DNA of 63,257 nt, the filler included, from Octopus bimaculoides (lineage: Eukaryota), in the NCBI RefSeq assembly GCF_001194135.2. It is 5 parts of 4 records of this genome, joined end to end, with 100 filler letters (N's around TTAATTAATTAA, not from the genome) between each part and the next. Parts side by side here need not be neighbours in the genome. Positions count along the whole stretch, not along the records: positions 1 to 24,286 come from NC_068981.1; 4 more parts are not named here. The stretch is one strand, 5' to 3'. A program made the position numbers and the translations under genes. This document shows positions 1 to 13,494 of this stretch, one piece after another (position 1 is the stretch's first letter; each line of letters starts with the position of its first letter). The notes below the pieces were generated by a model that was not told the origin of the DNA, searched no databases, and saw only the letters and a list, made by a program, of their open reading frames with translations.

Positions 1-1944
1 ATATACAGAGAGAGAGAGAGAGAGTGAGAGAGAGAGAGAGAGAAAGACAGACACAAACAGAGACGTAGATAGATAGATATCTTGACTTTAACACACGTAG
101 TCTGTTATTAATTATATTTCTAAACTAATCCTTAACTTATGGCGAACACATGTACTTTCTGGCTTTCTGGGGACGAAGATGTATTAACTTTACTTCATTC
201 CCATACTTTCGAAGTACTAATATGGGCATCTTTACAAAGGCATATTCGGTTAGATATTGAAATTGACGTTTTATTCATAAATACTGTTTTCCTCTCGCTG
301 CGTCTCAGTTTTCCGTCATTTTTTTTTCTAAATAGCGTTACACATCGAATATAAAATATTTTTCCAAAATACCATATGTATATTATGCTTCATTCATTTT
401 TATGCAGCTTTTTTTATGAAAATGTTGGTATTTAAGGAGTTCTATTTTGTGATAATAGTTTGCCACCCAACAAACCTTTTCGAACTTGTCAACTTCTTCA
501 ACATCTCTTTAGCTTGCCATTACACTCTTCAAGTTACGTCTTGGACATAATTGTTAGCGTTCTATGTCATCAACCATGTACTTAGGCCATTAGAGTTGCA
601 GGTAATCTGTCATTTCTTAACAGGAATCTGACGTATATATGCGATCTGTGTTTATTTCAGTTTTGTTTTAACATATGACTTTCATGTTTAATCGTTTGTT
701 TTTCAGGTGACTTCTATAGAGGAGGAATTCATCTCTTATAAATATTTTAGCATCTAGCTCTGTTTCACAATGAACAATTTAGTGTATTGCAATTCTTACT
801 TTCAGCAAGTGTATATGTCTCTCTGTCTGTGTGTGTGGGGGGGGGGGGTGCACTCGTGTGTAAGTATGTGAATCTATGTATATTGCATCTCAGTAAGGTA
901 TGTAGGCTGTAGTCAGTGGGATTGTGCATTTATGGAAGAATTTAGACTGAGAATGTGCAGATCTAAATGGAATATTTATCACACGGCTCATGTTAATTTA
1001 ATATTTTCTTCTTTAGTCCTATGTCTATGTCATATTTATCATCGTTCACGTGTATACTCCATTCCAATCCATGTGTTTGCGATTACAATGGGTTGGTAGA
1101 TACTTTAAGGTCTCACATAAAATACTTTGTGGTATTACACCTTACCCTTTAAGTTCCGAGTTTAAGTCCCAAATGTTAATCTTCATGATTTAACCCCCAG
1201 TACTCGATAAAATTATGTACAAGTGAAATATTAATTTCGATAGCATTTAGGGACCCCTGTTTAAATTAGGAAAAAAAATAGTAAATGAGGCGAAGTATTA
1301 GAAAGCCGGCCAAAAGGCCTTGCAGTATTTCTTAACGTAATTTTTCTCTTCCTTTCTGTGTTCAAAATGTTCAATCGTCTGCTTTCTCTTTCATTCTGCC
1401 AGTCCATATAATGCCTCTCAAACCCTGAACCCCTTATAAATTTGTAGAGGTTTCGTTTGAATTAGAAACAAATATTAATATTTTCTGCTTGGTTAAATAT
1501 TCTGAGCTGTTTTAAATTGTTTTCAATGTATTTATAGTCTTATACTGTGGACGAAAATCATATGTCACCTCTATTTGTTTCATTCATTGCTGTGACATTT
1601 TCAGCCAGACCCTTCCCTTCTACGTGTGCTCAATGTAAATTACATTTGTATTTGCATTTAACTGTGTGTATGCGATATAAAGGACACATTGTTAGTCATC
1701 ATTTTGATTCATAAACTACCGAATTCTTTGAATTATTGGTTTTATGCAACCATGTGGTTTATTATATAACTGTACATTTAGACCGTTACTATATCAGCCG
1801 GCTCATATTAATTAATATAAAATATGTACAAGAGATGATTTCAACTGGAATCCGTCGTGTCACACTTTTGCTCTTCAACATCTTACGGCATACATTCAGT
1901 GGTCTAACATTTACGGATAAATCCATCTGTTTTTGAACCGTGGG

Positions 1945-2120
1945 CGTCTGTTGATACTAAATGCTCTACTACTTGAGTGGTACTTTGATTTATCAACCGT
2001 GAAAATATAAAAAGCAAAGCTGACGCCGTGGGGAATTGAATGATGAATATAAAATGTTGGAACTAATATCGCAAAGCATTTATCGGTTCGCGCTAATGAT
2101 TCTGTCAGTTTGCCACCTGA
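1945..2120 (-). mobile_element. Degenerate Meta-like SINE (family A)
   Basis: TGGTACTTTGATTTATCAACC...AAAGCAAAGCTGACGCCGTGGGGAATTGAA...GCTAATGATTCTGTCAG aligns by eye with the clearer copies at 14308-14519 and 56868-57031. Confidence 0.5.
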
Positions 2121-3089
2121 TGGCTTAAATACATTCGCAGTCGTTCAAAATTTTACAAGATATTTCTTTAAATTAGATTTATTTAGACAAACTGCGCCAG
2201 CTGAAATCAGTACAATTACTTTGGAATTATGTATTAAAGTTTGATAAAAAAATAAATAAAAAAAGAACACCGACATCATGTAAGTAAACAAAAACCCACA
2301 GGGTTTACAAATGAATATTCATTCGTTCGAAATTCTGAACTGTCTGTTCATTTGTATTAACCAGTAAGAGGTTGAGTACTCCAAGTGTAACTTAATGATA
2401 GTTTCAAGTGGAATGCAAATTCTGTGTTACAAGGTTATGGCATTCAGTTACGACAAATACAGACACAAAGGAAGTGGCCAACCAATTTCAATCGCAACAA
2501 TTGGTTTGACCTCATGCTAAGATTAAAATTATTTTGCCCAAAGAACAAGGCATTGTAGCCGAACGCATGGTCTTTTGATTGAGTACTCGGTATTGGACTA
2601 AGCTACTTTAGGTGTGTGCGCGGTTTACACGTACATCAAAGCAAGCGCAACACAAAATACAAAAGCACGTACGCACACATAAAGATATATATGCATANNN
2701 NNNNNNNNNNNNNNNNNNNNNNNNNNNNNNNNNNNNNNNNNNNNNNNNNNNNNNNNNNNNNNNNNNNNNNNNNNNNNNNNNNNNNNNNNNNNNNNNNNNN
2801 NNNNNNNNNNNNNNNNNNNNNNNNNNNNNNNNNNNNNNNNNNNNNNNNNNNNNNNNNNNNNNNNNNNNNNNNNNNNNNNNNNNNNNNNNNNNNNNNNNNN
2901 NNNNNNNNNNNNNNNNNNNNNNNNNNNNNNNNNNNNNNNNNNNNNNNNNNNNNNNNNNNNNNNNNNNNNNNNNNNNNNNNNNNNNNNNNNNNNNNNNNNN
3001 NNNNNNNNNNNNNNNNNNNNNNNNNNNNNNNNNNNNNNNNNNNNNNNNNNNNNNNNNNNNNNNNNNNNNNNNNNNATTTAATTTGCTTT

Positions 3090-3305
3090 CAGGGAAGGAC
3101 TGTTCCAACGAAGTCGCGTATTGTCCTTGCCCTCGGAAAGCGGAGTAGATGGAACATGGACGACTAATAAAGGGAAATATTCTTTATGTTGCATGTCTTG
3201 TTTCTCAGTTTTTTTCGTTGTTCGAAAAAAGTTCGTTTTTTTGTTTTCGTTTCTCATTGTGTTTAACGTTTTTTTTTGGTGATGTCCTGTACCCATATAT
3301 GCATA
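3090..3305. mobile_element. Penelope-associated terminal-repeat (pLTR-like) remnant
   Basis: Collinear by eye with 39180-39375, which flanks the Penelope ORF: shared CGAAG..TATTGTC, GAGTAGAT, TTCTTT.TG and GGTGA(T/C)GTCCTGTACCC(A/G)TATATGCATAT. Confidence 0.5.
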
Positions 3306-4109
3306 TATGTATACATATAGATGTAGGTATGTACATATATGTATGAATATACGCCTATATTTATATATCATTTATATTATTATATGATTGGACAAGAATG
3401 CGTACAAGTAAGTTCTACAAGTAAGTTTTTAACTCTCTCTCTATATATATATATATATATACATATGAAGGTGTGTATAATGTTTAATGTCACAATACAG
3501 ACAAGATTGTAAATCCACTTCATTAATTACATATTATATCATTACAGAATCTGAATGTCTCCATTTAATTGCTTGAAGTCCGAAATCGTTGTCGTGACTG
3601 AGACCTACTTCTGCTGCATTATCAGTTAATTATCAATTTGCTGAAGGGATTTCGTGAATCATGATGAGTATTATATTTTTGCGGAATAAGCGCGGAAATT
3701 ACATTTCACGGGATTTTGGGTATCATACAATTTTGCGTAGATGTTTTGATTCGGAATTAAACAAACACTAAGAAACAGGCATACAATGCTCAAACTCGGT
3801 GAAAAGAAATATTTTAAAAAATTAGAGGAATTACATGACATAAAATAGGCTGTCAAACTAAATTAAGAATTTAATATGATATTTTGCGTGGTCTATGTCA
3901 TATAATAACATTTAATTAACAAATATGTTAAATTTGTGACTGCAAATCTTGGCTGGTAAAGAGACGAAAGGAAAACCGGAAAAATTGCACGCTAGTGGTG
4001 TTAATCTACTGGTTTACGTTAATCATTTTTATGAATTTAGTTGTCTCATCTCCCTTTCACTCTACCTTTCTCTGTCTCTCTCTCGCTCTCTCTATTTCTC
4101 TGTCTCTAT

Positions 4110-4129
4110 ATGTATGTATGTGTGTGTGT

Positions 4130-4163
<34 letters not shown>

Positions 4164-4173
4164 GACAGAGTGT

Positions 4174-4230
<57 letters not shown>

Positions 4231-4249
4231 TGTGTGTGTGTGTGTGTGT
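4110..4249. repeat. Compound microsatellite (TG)n/(CAGA)n/(TG)n
   Basis: Directly visible. Confidence 0.95.
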
Positions 4250-5344
4250 ACGTATATATAGCTGACATACAGTAACACACATGTAATATAAAGCTTTCTC
4301 TCTTGAACATCTCGAAGGATATGCGTGAAGCTATGAAGGTATAGCATGTAAACATCGGGTTAAAAAACAATTTCGGATACAAAAAAGTCGAAGGCTATGC
4401 GTGGGATATGCTTTTATGTATAACGTCGAGATACTCCAAAGAAGGATTATAACATGCCATCTCGGAAGTTTCTGATTTTCATAAGAAATGTCATGAAAAA
4501 CAACGTAAACACTATAAAGAAGAAAACAGGAAGGAAAGTATCGACATACCTGGTCTTACTGTTCCGATTCAACAAGGAAATGACTGCCTTGACGTTTCGG
4601 TCGTTTCATCATAAATAAGGGATGAGTAAAATATAGGGGGGATAAACGAGAGGAAAATAGTGGATGATAAAGCATATGTACTACACATGTTTATGACATA
4701 GAGTAAGAAAGCATGTAGAGATGCTATTCTATGGAATAAGTTATGAACTGAGGGAAGGACGATTTTATAGTTGTAAAAACAGACGCGTACGGCATTACAA
4801 ATGCGAACATAAATGCTCGGTGCATTGATGGACAAATGTATGGCAAAATAATGGCGTTGTCTACTGAGGCATTGGCTGTTTGTGTTCTTATATTGCTAGA
4901 TAGAGTTGATATGTGTATTTCTGTACGTGTAAGCCTAAGAGCATGTGTAACAATAAATGTTTCGATGAAGCACATGTGAAGGCTAGAACAAATGCAAAGT
5001 GTTTCTAATACGTGTGCAAATGCGTGAAAACAGCACATACGTGTGATAACAATTTTTTCTGTCATCCACCTCCAAAATAGGGGCTAAAATTTATACTAAC
5101 TTTTGTACGAAAATTGGAAAGTGAGAAGATAACGTGTGCACTCAGTCATAGTAAAAAAAAATCGAAATTGAAAAGAACGTACAAAACTACTACAACGTCT
5201 AGAGAAAGTGGTGACGTTGGCATATATACATACATACGTGCATATTTAATATTTTATATACGTATATATATAAAAAAATATTAACAGAATGCGATAAAAA
5301 ATATCCAAGGCTATGAAAGATTTCAGAATATTTATAAAGAGAAG

Positions 5345-5396
5345 GTCTTACAGCTGTTTCCGGGATATTTTATATATATATATCTTCATCAGAGAC
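5345..5396 (-). ncRNA. Candidate minimal type I hammerhead ribozyme, intact core
   Basis: Minus strand reads gtct-CTGATGA-a-gatat(loop)atatc-ccg-GAAA-cagctg-TA-agac. Helix I is gtct/agac, helix II is gatat/atatc, helix III is the palindrome ACAGCTGT, and the cleavage triplet is GUA. Confidence 0.65.
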
Positions 5397-6595
5397 GGTG
5401 CGAGAAATGTTAAGCAATAGCTATTATAGAGAAGATTTGAAATACAGAGTGAAGTTGAGGAAGGGAAATAGAATTGAGATACGTAAGGATATCGTATCCC
5501 CAGTTTCATTATTTGAGCAGAATGGTTGTCACACAGTAAGGAGTAACAAATTTTCCAAGTTACAGGCACAAAGAACGCATATAAAAAAAAAAATGTTAGT
5601 TCCATAATTACGTTTTATACTTAGGGAAATCTACCCTACTGTAAAACTAAAAGGAATTATTTTCGTTTATTTTACCCGTAGAAAATGTGTTGCATATTTG
5701 TTGGGGCAGAAAGTAATTATGTTATAGAATGCACAAATTCCAACTGATATAACTAAGCAGTTATAAGAAGTCTACTATTCTGAGATATAAGTTCAAAATT
5801 ATTTTTGCTGTAAACGCGGGATTCAATGTTCTCTCCATAATAATGGTAATTTATTCTACTAGTTATCAATTTTCTTTACTTGAACTTCTCTCAACTTTTC
5901 TTTGTGAAAGTTTACAAACAATTGTGTGCCTATGTATGTTCGACTAGACTATCGAATGTTATACATCACTTATCACAATGTCCTTTGCATCGTTTTAGCA
6001 TGTGAATGATATCATCGTGGTGGCTAGGTGAAAAATTCAACATTATCACTGATCGAAAAGTTAGTCTGTCGCCGGGTACGCATTTACACCTTAATAGACT
6101 GCAGTATCTAAAATTCAGATATCATGAGAGGCAATTTCTTTTCGCCATATATTTACATCCATACCTTAATCTGTATTCTTTTAAATATTGAAAATATTTA
6201 TATCCTAATATTTAAATATTAAAACGCCTATAAACTATTTTGATAAAGCTTTGAGTTGAGTCTCCATTATATTGACATACACATCTACGCGTACTTTTGT
6301 ATGCGTGCATAGCTGCATACAAGGCAGTGTAAAGTGCATATAGTTTGTACGCAAGTTATAGATGGCGTCGATGAAGTGACTAAATACGAATTATAAAACA
6401 GCTATAAAAATATGGAATAAATACATTTCTTACCTCTCTCATTTGACCTGAATTTCAATGAATTATTATATATTCAGCTGCATCGATTCCAATGTGTTCA
6501 GCTGCACGGTAAGTGTAATTTCATATTAAACGTACTTTTTAGTCGGTCCCAGCGGCGTGCTTACCAGGAGTAATGTTTCGTTACTTAAATCCCTA

Positions 6596-6626
<31 letters not shown>

Positions 6627-6676
6627 TATATCTGGCTATCTGTTTGCTCTCTATGTGTCTGTCTGTTTGTCTCTTA

Positions 6677-6775
6677 GTTGCTCCCATAAATACTAAAATA
6701 AAATTTTGGTTTTCTGGCAATATAACCGGAAACCGAACGTAAACAAACATGAAGGGTCGTGAGACCAGAACGAGG
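6677..6775. mobile_element. Fragment of the Penelope-associated terminal repeat with fold-back junction
   Basis: GTTGCTCCCATAAATACTAAAATAAAATTTTGG matches the reverse complement of 39146-39179. GAAACCGAACGTAAACAAACATGAAGGGTCGTGAGACCAGAAC matches 39021-39064. Confidence 0.65.
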
Positions 6776-7142
6776 AGAAAATAATGAACAATGAGAGAAA
6801 TATTTTCTTTTACAAGAGAAAAGATAAAAGAGAGAGATGTGTAAGAGACATCCGGTCCTTAGAACGTCAGTGCAAGAAAGAAAGGTGGTCAGATAAGGAA
6901 AAGAATGATGGACGATGGTCACATGTGAGCAACGAGAGAGAGAGAATGAGAAATAGGTGAAGAAAAAGACAGAGAGAAAACGCGGAAGGCAGAAAAAGGA
7001 ATTAGAGAGGATGGAGAGAAAACAGTATAGAGTAGAGTCGCATCAAAATGGTTAAGATAAACTTACTTGGAAATGGATGTGTGGCGTTAAATCGAATAAT
7101 CATATAAATAATATACATATATACATATTCCATATATATAAT

Positions 7143-7188
7143 CATATATGGGTACAGAACGTCACCAATAGTAAACAACATGAAATAT
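7143..7188 (-). mobile_element. Fragment of the same Penelope-associated terminal repeat
   Basis: 42/46 identical to the reverse complement of 39328-39373. Confidence 0.7.
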
Positions 7189-7303
7189 GTATGTATGTAT
7201 GTACGTATGTACATACGTATGTATGTATGTATGTATGTATCTATGTATGTATCTATGTATGTATGTGTGTGTGTATGTATATATGTATGTATGTATGTAT
7301 GTA
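7189..7303. repeat. (TATG)n microsatellite
   Basis: Directly visible. Confidence 0.9.
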
Positions 7304-9616
7304 CAATATCTTTGTTGGCAAACATAGCGATATACCGGAATGTCACTCAGGTAAGAAAATTTAGTGAAATGTATTTTATAAATCATTGTCTAGTTTGCAT
7401 ATTTTCTCATTCACTTTGCATAGCCTGTACACATATAAAAGGCTCATACTTTTCCAGCTGCTTTAAAATTCCTTTAAAATAAACGAGAAATATTGAGAGA
7501 AAAATGGCATAATTGGATGAAAATAGATAAATAAGACAATCTCTCTTGCCATAAGTCAACTGGGCAGGTGCTTTAAATTGGTGTTGAAGAAATTCTCTAT
7601 CCAGTGAGAAAACACTTCAAGCTAAACAAACACCATATTTACGAGGAACAACTGGAGATAGATAATTATTCTCCCAAACAATTAACGAACACTATGACAA
7701 CAATTGATATACATATTTTTTTACACTCTTCATCTATGTTGACTCTCTTCGTTTACACTCTAGAAAAGAGTATGCTCCAAATGTAATAGAATTTAACTAC
7801 TTTTCCTTTTTTGAGCGTAAATCTTACACACGATGTTAAACTTACCTAATTTAATATGCATTTTTTAGTTTTACTCTATAGAAATTAAAGAGTAATTAGT
7901 AGATGACTCATTCTTGACATTCAAACACCTGTGCACGTGATTTGAAAGAGATTTCGTTGATTTTTCTCTTTTAAGTGAAGTAGAACACCACGTGAATCAA
8001 ACGAGATATTTGAAAGAATAGACTGAAGATGAATAGTTATTCTTTCGAAGAATTAGTTAAAGCTGAGAGTTCAATTTATTAAATCACATGCAAGCATACA
8101 CATACACGAACACATATATATATACATACATACATACGCACATGTATATGTGCTTATATATATATATATATATATATATNNNNNNNNNNNNNNNNNNNNN
8201 NNNNNNNNNNNNNNNNNNNNNNNNNNNNNNNNNNNNNNNNNNNNNNNNNNNNNNNNNNNNNNNNNNNNNNNNNNNNNNNNNNNNNNNNNNNNNNNNNNNN
8301 NNNNNNNNNNNNNNNNNNNNNNNNNNNNNNNNNNNNNNNNNNNNNNNNNNNNNNNNNNNNNNNNNNNNNNNNNNNNNNNNNNNNNNNNNNNNNNNNNNNN
8401 NNNNNNNNNNNNNNNNNNNNNNNNNNNNNNNNNNNNNNNNNNNNNNNNNNNNNNNNNNNNNNNNNNNNNNNNNNNNNNNNNNNNNNNNNNNNNNNNNNNN
8501 NNNNNNNNNNNNNNNNNNNNNNNNNNNNNNNNNNNNNNNNNNNNNNNNNNNNNNNNNNNNNNNNNNNNNNNNNNNNNNNNNNNNNNNNNNNNNNNNNNNN
8601 NNNNNNNNNNNNNNNNNNNNNNNNNNNNNNNNNNNNNNNNNNNNNNNNNNNNNNNNNNNNNNNNNNNNNNNNNNNNNNNNNNNNNNNNNNNNNNNNNNNN
8701 NNNNNNNNNNNNNNNNNNNNNNNAGAAATTTATTGAAATTTCATTTCAACAGAAGGACATATTTTTGTAACTACATTTAAACTCTCCAAATAGAAAGGAA
8801 GAATACAAAAAAACAGTTTGACTTAGCCAGACCATACAGGCTAATAATTATTCTGAGCAGATTTTTAACTATCACTGATTTTATTTGTTTCTGATTTGCA
8901 TATTTCTTATTTTGGAATTGTATGGATAATACCATACTTAATTCTGGTGCCTAAACCCCTAAGTACCATATTCACCTTGACTCATGAAAGATTTTTACAT
9001 ACATACATACATACATATATANNNNNNNNNNNNNNNNNNNNNNNNNNNNNNNNNNNNNNNNNNNNNNNNNNNNNNNNNNNNNNNNNNNNNNNNNNNNNNN
9101 NNNNNNNNNNNNNNNNNNNNNNNNNNNNNNNNNNNNNNNNNNNNNNNNNNNNNNNNNNNNNNNNNNNNNNNNNNNNNNNNNNNNNNNNNNNNNNNNNNNN
9201 NNNNNNNNNNNNNNNNNNNNNNNNNNNNNNNNNNNNNNNNNNNNNNNNNNNNNNNNNNNNNNNNNNNNNNNNNNNNNNNNNNNNNNNNNNNNNNNNNNNN
9301 NNNNNNNNNNNNNNNNNNNNNNNNNNNNNNNNNNNNNNNNNNNNNNNNNNNNNNNNNNNNNNNNNNNNNNNNNNNNNNNNNNNNNNNNNNNNNNNNNNNN
9401 NNNNNNNNNNNNNNNNNNNNNNNNNNNNNNNNNNNNNNNNNNNNNNNNNNNNNNNNNNNNNNNNNNNNNNNNNNNNNNNNNNNNNNNNNNNNNNNNNNNN
9501 NNNNNNNNNNNNNNNNNNNNNNNNNNNNNNNNNNNNNNNNNNNNNNNNNNNNNNNNNNNNNNNNNNNNNNNNNNNNNNNNNNNNNNNNNNNNNNNNNNNN
9601 NNNNNNNNNNNNNNNN

Positions 9617-9652
<36 letters not shown>

Positions 9653-10841
9653 CACTGGAATACGAAATCATTATGCAAGATTGTGTATAGCGATGTATTA
9701 GATTCCAGTTACAACGTTTTTAATAAACTTACAGAAATAAAACTATAGAAATGAAACACGAATATATGTCATAATAATTTCGAAGGCAGGTCCCCATGAA
9801 TTTCCGAATAGTTTACTTTGAGGCATTTTTAACTCGCTTTCTCTCTACTACGGAGAAACTGTATATTGTCACAGATACAGCAAGGATATTATTAAGATCA
9901 GAAGTAAATTTATACTTTTCAACAATGTTTACGGGCGGTAATTAATAACTTGCTCGGTTGTGGATCAAGTACACACACGTCAGTTACGATGGGTTTAATA
10001 GCATATCCAGAAGTTTAACTGAGCTTTGGAAGTAGAAAATATGTTTGAAGGATGGAAATTATATCATTTTTAAGAAGAAATAATTTGTACTTAATATTTC
10101 TCTTACTCCTCTACTTCGTTCTATGTCTTGAATACAATATATTGTGTGTAATAAAATCAAATCAGTGAAACAAACACCATTTTGGCCGACTGATACATCA
10201 TATTACCTGCAGCGTATTAATTATTCTTTTTTCGTTTGTAAATGTTTTGTAAAATTTTAATAAGCTTGTAAATGCTAGTGGTTAGCTATGATTCCTTAGA
10301 TGGAGTTTCTTTTTCATTCTAATTAAAATTTTCACGCTTTAAACTATTATGTAGTATGAGAAAGATGTTGACGAAAGGTGTAGTAAAGTTCTAGATGATT
10401 GGGGGGATATGTATTTTAACAGGCCATAATAACTGGTTGCAATATTTTTGAAATAAGAGAGGCATATGTTAATTGTTCATTTGTAATTAATTTTGGGGTA
10501 CCAACGTATATACGGCAGCAAATACATAGTGGCTTTTGTATTCGTTAATTTGGCTGCGGAATATATGAATTACATACTTTTCTGATTTGCACGTATTTCA
10601 TTTAGAAACGTAGATCAAATGCACGCTTTAGTTGTGGATATACTCATGGGTAATGGATATTTCGGAGTTTCCTGAAAAGCTAGAAACGTTTTGCAATACA
10701 GTTTAGTTTTACGAAATATCATTACTCATCCTTGTATAAGACAGTAAATAATCCTATAATATTCCTTAACATATCGTTATATTTGAACAGCGAATACCTC
10801 TCAGTATCTCGTCTCAGTAATCTACTGAGTGTAATGTTTTT

Positions 10842-10843
<2 letters not shown>

Positions 10844-10926
<83 letters not shown>
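10844..10926. repeat. (TC)n microsatellite
   Basis: Directly visible. Confidence 0.97.
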
Positions 10927-10930
<4 letters not shown>

Positions 10931-13313
10931 TTTCCTCTCTCTGTCTTTCTCTCTTCTTTTTCTCTAAATGAGTTGCAGTATAAACTGTAATCTCATACTA
11001 ATCTTAAATAAAATTCCCAAAATGCAACGTTTCTATTTCCTGGTTAAATGCATCTGTATGTTTCACTGTATTTCTGTCTCCGTCTGCCCGTTAGTCTCTC
11101 TTTCTTTCTCTCTCTCTTATATTATTTTCTCTGAACCTTAGTAGAATATTGGTAGAATAAATCTACTTCTCTTATTTTGATTTCTAGTCATTACATACTC
11201 TCGAGAATTCAATTAAACCAATATTTCTGTTTTACTTTAATGTCACGAGGAAAACAAAATATCATATATTTGAATAAATTCGTCTAGCATCTCAGTCATT
11301 TGATTACGACTTCGATTACGTTTAGTTGACTTTAATGAAGTAAGCGATGAATGGTTCACTTTGACCCTCATTTTCTACACTCTGGTTCACTGCAAAAGAC
11401 ATTTTCTTTATGTCATATAAACCATTCATTTCATCAATAATTTCCAACTTGTTACATTATACCAAAAATTCACCTACGCAGATTTTTCTCACTTAACACT
11501 CTATTCAACTTTCTGGCCATAAATATGGTGAAATATCACATCGCCTGTTCGAAACAGAACATATTTTCCACGCAATGCGTTAATAAAGAAATAGTTGTTC
11601 AATGGGTATATTGAAACCTAATTATTTTATATGCATTCAGCTGTGTACATGATAAACATGCAAATGACGTTCTTTTCTTCACTCGTAGTTATGTAACATT
11701 ACTCCAATATGCGGCTACAATTCTAGGGTTTTAAATTATTGCCAACCAATCAGAAATACGTAAAGTATTATGTAATCAAATTTAGATCGACGTTGATCAA
11801 TTTCTCAATACTTAGATACACTAATACATCGCATATTAGAACCTCTCACAACTATCCAGAAAGTTTGCCGTTATACAGAGAACAATTTTAATCTGAGGAA
11901 TCTGCGGGAGACTACAAGTGTCTTTCGCACTAAACTTACAAATTTACACGCACTACACGCACACACACGCATACAAACGCACTACACACACACACACACA
12001 AACATATGTATACATGCACACACACGCTTGCAAACAAGCAGGAATATATACAGACGTACGCGCACACACACTCTTACAACACACATACACACATATTTTC
12101 CTGCATTTTCTAGTNNNNNNNNNNNNNNNNNNNNNNNNNNNNNNNNNNNNNNNNNNNNNNNNNNNNNNNNNNNNNNNNNNNNNNNNNNNNNNNNNNNNNN
12201 NNNNNNNNNNNNNNNNNNNNNNNNNNNNNNNNNNNNNNNNNNNNNNNNNNNNNNNNNNNNNNNNNNNNNNNNNNNNNNNNNNNNNNNNNNNNNNNNNNNN
12301 NNNNNNNNNNNNNNNNNNNNNNNNNNNNNNNNNNNNNNNNNNNNNNNNNNNNNNNNNNNNNNNNNNNNNNNNNNNNNNNNNNNNNNNNNNNNNNNNNNNN
12401 NNNNNNNNNNNNNNNNNNNNNNNNNNNNNNNNNNNNNNNNNNCAAACGCACTACACACACACACACACAAACATATGTATACATGCACACACACCCTTGC
12501 AAACAAACAGGAATATATACAGACGTACGCACACACACACTCTTACAACACACATACACACATATTTTCCTGCATTTTCTAGTATTGTACAATAGATAGC
12601 AGATATATCCTTTATATCCCGTAATATATTCGTATATCCTGTAATATATTTATGTGTTCAGACTTAAAAGCAATTGCTCGTTTGATATTTTAAATATGAC
12701 ATATATAAAAGACAAAGTTAATTTTACATTATGTAACCAACTTTTGGTTACGAACATCTACGAGAAACAAACTCATTTAACCATTGGTAGTTGGAACTTT
12801 CTTAATAAATATTGATGGAACAATCAGCAGTTCTCATATTTGCTTAAACTTGGCAAAGGAGTATATGAGGATATTACAATCCTTCGAGAGTTAACGATCG
12901 CCTGTTTCCATAACTTCTCTTAGGAAAAGGCGGAATTCATCTCCTGTATATAAGAAAACTTTGAATGTATTGCTTCTTCGCACTATATTTCTTTCTTAAG
13001 ATTTTAGTTGTCAAGCTTTTAAAATACTCCCCTTCTACAGACACGATGAAAACGAAGTATCATTTTGATTTCTACTTACTGAAAACAAACCCTTTATAAA
13101 ATATTTTTCAGCATCACCATACGTTTCCCTTTAATTATACATCAACTTTAGAGGTTCATAATAGTTATATTCATAAAATTTTCTGCACTGAAAATCCGCT
13201 GGAAATGTGATATATTTGCTCTTTTGATAAATATAGCAGAATATGTACTAACAAACACTTCAGGACATATTATCAAATTGTTTTCATATTTATTTAAGAA
13301 TTTACCACTATTT

Positions 13314-13462
13314 GGCTGTGTGGTAAGGAGTTTGCTTCCCAACCATATGATTCAAGGTCCGGTCTCTCTGTGAGGCGGCTTGGTGGATGTCTTCTGCTAC
13401 AACCTAGGTTTACCAGAGTTTGTGAGTGGATTCAATTGACGGACACTGAAAGAAGCACGTTG
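13314..13462 (+). mobile_element. tRNA-headed CORE-type SINE (family B), 5' part
   Basis: GGCTGTGTGGTAAGGAGTTTGCTTCCCAACCA head and TGTGAGTGGATT...GACGGACACTGAAAGAAGC, then (TA)n and a gap. Same layout as 37872-38030 and 53131-53293. Confidence 0.7.

Positions 13463-13494
<32 letters not shown>

Noticed and set aside
694-903. Strong acceptor (TTTTTCAG at ~706) and donor (AAG|GTATGT at ~898)
   Set aside because: The intervening sequence has stops in all three frames and a microsatellite. No evidence for an exon.
7300-7356. DIPECHS|GTAAG as an EGF-like exon end
   Set aside because: The acceptor is weak, the candidate is only 23 nt, and no companion exons were found.
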